Position numbers and translations under genes: made by a program. Source: an uncultured delta proteobacterium (GTDB lineage Bacteria; Desulfobacterota; Binatia; UBA9968). Taken from it: DNA of 64,000 bases. Where the stretch lies: assembly GCA_963840855.1 (NCBI GenBank), contig CAWJBB010000053.1:1-64000 (forward strand), written 5' to 3'. Of the stretch, positions 59,651 through 64,000 are shown one piece after another. The notes below the pieces were generated by a model. That model saw nothing but the letters and a program-made list of their open reading frames with translations, ran no database searches and was not told the origin of the DNA. Positions within the stretch are counted from its first letter, which is position 1. The number at the start of each line of letters is the position of its first letter.

Positions 59651-60632
59651 TTACGGCCGCCAGCCGGCTTTCGTCAGTTCCTCGTCGGCTTTCTTCGCGA
59701 AGCTGAAATCGTAGGCGCGCTGGATCGGCACTTCTTTGGTCACTTTCGTGACCAGGCGAACGATGTCGAGATCGTTCTTTTGGGTTTCCTCGTCGACGAC
59801 GCCATTGGTCGTAAAGGTGCCGATCGTGTCGTCGTAAGTGCGCTCCGCCAGTTCTTTCTTCAATTCGGAAAACTTTACGATGGCATTGACCGCTACTTCG
59901 CGATTCTGCCGGACCAGGCGCAAGGCCTTCACTAGCGCGCGCATAACTCCGAGCATCACTTTGGGCTGCTCTTTGATGAAGCGATCGTTGGTTGCCACGG
60001 TCCCCCAGGAATTCTTCACTTCTTTGCCTAGATACATGATTTCTTTCATGCCCTGCTCGAGGGCCGGATAGCGATCGTCCGTGCCCATGAGCCCCGCGTC
60101 CACGGTGCCCGCCATGAGCGCGGTAAGGCGCTCGCCCGAACCCATGCCGAGAAACGTCACATCCTTATTTGCGTCCAGCCCATATTGGGGCGCGACCTTT
60201 TTCAGCATGAAGGTCGCGACGGCGGCGACGCTGGTCACGGCGATTCTCTTATTCTTCAATTCTTTCAGGCTGCTGTACTGCGGCCGGACCATGAGCCACT
60301 GCAAGCACCTGGTCGTTGACGGCCAACACGGTTTTGAGCGGCGCATTGCCGTTCGTGACGGCGACCAGGGCGCTGCTGCCGGAGCCGGTGAAATGCATGT
60401 CTCCGGCAACCACGGATTGAATGCCGACGGTGGATGCCATGATCGCGATATTGAGATCGATCCCTTCCTCGGCCATGTAGCCGCGCTCCTTGGCGAGGGG
60501 AAAAATTACGAATTGAAACGACTTCGACGGCAAGGTGACGTGGATCTTCTCAAGGGCGAATGCCGATTTGCCGGGAAGCAGCAAAGCGCCGACTACTAAC
60601 GACCAAACTATCATCTTAATGAATTTCGTCAT
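59651..60632 (-). CDS. ABC transporter substrate-binding protein (SsuA/NMT1-like), frameshift at ~60303
   Basis: Signal peptide AFA, LAKERGYMAEEGID, next frame SLKELKNKRIAVTS..ERLTALMAGTVDA..AYDFSF. Confidence 0.85.
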
Positions 60633-60864
60633 TATTCATTCCCTCCTATTGACTCAAATCGATACGGACCGGGTTGGGACGGAACCGGGCACGATCCGCA
60701 TTATAGGCAGCGTGAATTTTTCTTGTCGAGGGCCGGAGGGGTAAAACAATTCGCCAGGGATTCGTATTCGCCTGCCCTCGACGGCGCGCGCCCGACTGTT
60801 GCTCGCACGGAGCGGATGCGGTTATAAGTTGGCGAGCATCAGCAAAGCTTGGAGGGTTTTTCCT

Positions 60865-62289
60865 ATGGCCATTAGAACCGGGGCAAATTACATCAAGGCG
60901 CTGCGCGACGGGCGGGAGGTGTGGCATGCCGGGCGGCGCATCGACGATGTCACTGCCCATGCCGGATTTTCCGGCACGATCAAGACCCTCGCCGATCTGT
61001 ATGACAAGCAGCATGCGCCGGAGTGCCGCGATATCATGACGCTGGACTATGAAGGCGAGCGCATCTCCTACAGCTATCTGCCGCCGCAAAACGCCGAGCA
61101 GCTGGCGCTCAAGCGGCGCAACATCGAGTTCTGGTCGCAGGCGACATTTGGCCAGATGGGCCGTTTCCCGGAATTCGTCGCGGAACTGGTCGTGGGTTTG
61201 CGCGACTGGGCGCACATCATTGAGCAGACCAATAAGCAATGGGCGGAAAACGCCAGGGCCTACCATCGCTACGCGAGCCGCAATGACCTATGTCTTACCC
61301 ACGCCCTTACCGATCAATACTACGACCGCACCAAACCCGTCAGCGGGCAGGAAGATCCGGATTTGATCTTGCATATCGTCGGCGAGACCAAAGAGGGCCC
61401 TGTCATCAGGGGCTTGCGCACGCTGGCCACTCTGGCGCCGATTTCCGACGAAGTGTTGGTTTACCCCAACCGGCCGCGGGAGCCGGGCGAAGCGGACTAT
61501 GCGGTTGCGTTCGCGATTCCGATGAACACAAAAGGCTTGAAGATCGTGTGCCGCGATCTCTACGCAGAAAACGCCGATCCGGAGCGGCAACCGTTGACCG
61601 CGCGCTTCGACGAAGTCGATGCCGCGCTGATTTTTGACGACGTGGTGGTGCCGTGGGAACGGATCTTCGTCTACAAAGATCCAAAGCTGCTGGCGGGGAT
61701 CATGTACATTCACACCTGGGGGCAGTACTCGACGATGCTCCGCTTGATCACCAAGCTGGAAGGGTTCCTTGGCGTCGCCCAGCTGTTGACGCAGATGGCG
61801 AAGCGCAACACCAGCGCTTCCTCGCAAATACTTTTATCGAGCCTGATGCAAGACATAGAAATTCTCCGCTGCTGCATTCAAGCCGCAGAATCCAAGGGCT
61901 ACCGGGCCGCCGGGGGCACATGGGCGCCGCTGTTGAGCGCGGCCTATCGCGTGCATAGCATCGAAGCGTCCGATCGCGCCGAAAGAACGATGGAAGGCTT
62001 GTTGACGAGCACTCTTATGCTCAGCGGCGGCGCCTCGGATCTAAGCAATACAGAGATCGGGCCGTTTATCGACCGCTATTTTCGCGGCGGCGCGCCGAGC
62101 ACCAAGGAGCACTTGCGTCTGATGGCCGTCGCCGCCGATATGGTCATGACTGCTTTTGGTAAGCGCAGCCAATTGTACGAGCGGCTGCAAAGCGGCGAAG
62201 TCGACCGGATGCGCCAGCGGCTTTACGGCCAGTATCTGGATCCGGCGCCGCAGGAAAGAATGCTGCGGTTTGTCAAGGAGATGGGCTGA
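60865..62289 (+). CDS. 4-hydroxyphenylacetate 3-hydroxylase-like flavin monooxygenase (HpaB family)
   Basis: IRTGANYIKALRDGREVW..G.RIDDVTAH, MGRFPEF, ATLAPISDE, RFDEVDA.LIFDDVVVPWERIF. Confidence 0.88.
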   Translation: MAIRTGANYIKALRDGREVWHAGRRIDDVTAHAGFSGTIKTLADLYDKQHAPECRDIMTLDYEGERISYSYLPPQNAEQLALKRRNIEFWSQATFGQMGRFPEFVAELVVGLRDWAHIIEQTNKQWAENARAYHRYASRNDLCLTHALTDQYYDRTKPVSGQEDPDLILHIVGETKEGPVIRGLRTLATLAPISDEVLVYPNRPREPGEADYAVAFAIPMNTKGLKIVCRDLYAENADPERQPLTARFDEVDAALIFDDVVVPWERIFVYKDPKLLAGIMYIHTWGQYSTMLRLITKLEGFLGVAQLLTQMAKRNTSASSQILLSSLMQDIEILRCCIQAAESKGYRAAGGTWAPLLSAAYRVHSIEASDRAERTMEGLLTSTLMLSGGASDLSNTEIGPFIDRYFRGGAPSTKEHLRLMAVAADMVMTAFGKRSQLYERLQSGEVDRMRQRLYGQYLDPAPQERMLRFVKEMG

Positions 62290-62298
62290 CGCGGCGGA

Positions 62299-62327
62299 TT
62301 GACAATTATTATGCGGCTTGGCATAAC
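62299..62327 (+). promoter_or_regulatory. Sigma70-like promoter
   Basis: TTGACA-N17-CATAAC upstream of the methyltransferase. Confidence 0.55.
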
Positions 62328-62350
62328 GCGCGAAGAGGGATTCTAAAAAA

Positions 62351-62950
62351 ATGTCAATGGTGAAATGCCAAGCGGTTATGCCGCAACTAAGAAAAATCGT
62401 TATAGCGTGCTTCTTCTTGGTGGCCGGTTTCCAAGCTCAGAGCCGGGCCCAAGAAACCATTCCATTCGTGCCGTCGCCCATGCCGGTGGTGCTGCGGATG
62501 CTCGAAGTGGCGGAATTTAAGAACGGCGACGTGCTTTACGATATGGGCAGCGGCGACGGGCGCATCATTATCCAAGCGGCAAAAAAATACGGCGTGCGCG
62601 GCGTCGGTGTCGATCTCAATCCTGAATTAGTGGAAAAGGCGAGAGCCAACGCGAAAGAGGAAGGCGTCAGCCACCTCGTCGAGTTTCGCGCCGCCGACGG
62701 CCTCACCGTGGATATTTCCGAAGCCACGGTGGTCACGCTTTACATGTTCAAGTGGTTCAATAATCAACTCCGCCCCAAGCTACAAGCGCTCAAACCCGGT
62801 TCGCGGGTCATCGCCCATGACTTCGACATCGACGACTGGAAACCGACGAAGATCGAATACGTCAACCCCAGCGAGTCGGGCTCCTCTGAATTCAGCGAAC
62901 CGCGCACTCTCTACATCTGGAGAGTCGAGCCTCCCGCGCCGGCGCCGTAA
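62351..62950 (+). CDS. Class I SAM-dependent methyltransferase with signal-peptide-like N-terminus
   Basis: PFVPSP..VVLRML, YDMGSGDGRI, ATVVTLY, LKPGSRVIAHDF. Confidence 0.85.
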   Translation: MSMVKCQAVMPQLRKIVIACFFLVAGFQAQSRAQETIPFVPSPMPVVLRMLEVAEFKNGDVLYDMGSGDGRIIIQAAKKYGVRGVGVDLNPELVEKARANAKEEGVSHLVEFRAADGLTVDISEATVVTLYMFKWFNNQLRPKLQALKPGSRVIAHDFDIDDWKPTKIEYVNPSESGSSEFSEPRTLYIWRVEPPAPAP

Positions 62951-63024
62951 TCCTGTACGACCTTTCGGCGCTCAGTCGCGTCAAATTTTGCCGGTCGGTC
63001 ATTTCTTTGGGCATGCGATCGAAG

Positions 63025-63123
63025 CACGGAGATTGACTCGCGCCAGAGACGCAAAGCATCGCTAAGGGTACGGAAGAGAATTATTGATCAAGAATTATTT
63101 ACGAACTCTGCGTCTCCGTGTCC
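63025..63123. repeat. CACGGAGACGCAGAG-family palindromic repeat
   Basis: Right arm CTCTGCGTCTCCGTG (63106-63120) is near-complementary to CCAGAGACGCAAAG; a related copy CACGGAGACGCAG lies at 54072-54084. Confidence 0.5.
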
Positions 63124-63240
63124 GTTGTTATTTTCCGGTTTTGCGGCCTTGGCGCTGCTTTGTGCGTAGATAGTCCGATTCTATCAGTTGCGGCTTCGCC
63201 ACGCGGGCATGAAATGGCGGCCGCCGGCGAAAGGATAGAA

Positions 63241-64000
63241 ATGGAATCAGCGGCGCAAGGCTATTCGTTAACCGAGCGTGATTGGCGTTGGCGGCGGGTG
63301 CGCGAGAACGCGGCAAAGGCCGGATTCGATTGCATCTTCGTGCCGCTATGCGTCGACGGCAGAAACCTGCATCTATCGCTCGAACAGTCCCGCGGCGCCC
63401 GTTCGGATTGCCGCTTCCTCACTCAACTCGAAAACGCCGCCGTGATTTTGCCGACGGATGGTCGCCAGCCCATCATCGTTTCCGACATGGAGGAAGGAAA
63501 CGATTGGGTGCCGGACTTCCGGCCCATAGAACGCTCCTGGGGTGAGAGCATGGCGCAGGCGCTGATCGACGCCGGCATGGAGCGGGCGCGCATCGGTGTC
63601 TCCGGCATCCGGCGCGGCTTTTATACCCACGGGCGCGCCTTTCACGGCGTGGTCAATCATTCGTCCTACGTCGAAGTGCGGCAGCGTCTATCCAACGCCA
63701 GGTTCGAAAACGCCACTGACGTGGTCGGCTATGCCCGCTATGTCAAGAGCGAGGAACAAATCGCCTGTCTTCGGCGCGGTGCCGCCATCGCCGCCGCGGG
63801 CATCGAAAAAATGATCGAGCTGGCGCGCCCGGGGATGGACGAGGGCCTGCTCTATGCGCGGGTCATGCACCGGATGATCTCGCTGGGAAGCGAGTATTAT
63901 CCCATGGCGTTTTACAGCGGGCCCCATGGCGGCGGGCGCTTGCCGCGCTTCGAAGATCCCACGGAGGGGCGGTTTCTTCAGCCAGGATATCGTATCGCCA
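63241..64000 (+). CDS. M24 (Xaa-Pro peptidase/creatinase-like) family protein, runs off the window end
   Basis: Open frame from ATG 63241 (YSLTERDWRWRRVRE..) to the edge; ARYVKSEEQIACLRRGAAIA..ARPGMDE. Absent from the ORF track because there is no stop in the window. Confidence 0.8.
   Translation, partial: MESAAQGYSLTERDWRWRRVRENAAKAGFDCIFVPLCVDGRNLHLSLEQSRGARSDCRFLTQLENAAVILPTDGRQPIIVSDMEEGNDWVPDFRPIERSWGESMAQALIDAGMERARIGVSGIRRGFYTHGRAFHGVVNHSSYVEVRQRLSNARFENATDVVGYARYVKSEEQIACLRRGAAIAAAGIEKMIELARPGMDEGLLYARVMHRMISLGSEYYPMAFYSGPHGGGRLPRFEDPTEGRFLQPGYRIA

Overview
A 64-kb bacterial chromosome segment of moderately high GC. The gene repertoire suggests a Deltaproteobacteria-like lineage such as Candidatus Binatia, which is inference only. 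Left part (1-21.5 kb), accessory DNA: a decayed DISARM DrmD-like SNF2 helicase; a surface-glycan locus (Wzm/Wzt exporter, several GT2s, a GT-C transferase, a GT4-GT2-FkbM triple fusion, an epimerase); a tRNA-Leu(CAA) whose 3' half is replaced; radA; a small defence-remnant island; and a PIN toxin-antitoxin pair between two copies of the bioF 5' end. Middle: bioF-bioA-bioD, a class III nucleotide cyclase, MFS, larC, and an 11-subunit complex I-like operon without nuoEFG. Right part: groES/groEL/hsp20/htrA, a cNMP-binding protein paired with an RRE-M50-like membrane protein, a lipoprotein paired with a Nal1-like protease, a CyaC-like cyclase, and catabolic genes. The most notable signal is the cyclase at 25138-25905. 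It has an in-frame TGA where the last Cys of a CxxC...CxxC motif is expected, followed by a SECIS-like hairpin, making it a candidate selenoprotein cyclase. Intergenic spaces carry several families of tandem-unit palindromic repeats. Five single-base frameshifts in otherwise intact genes suggest assembly indel errors. All family assignments come from motif recognition by eye; no searches were run.
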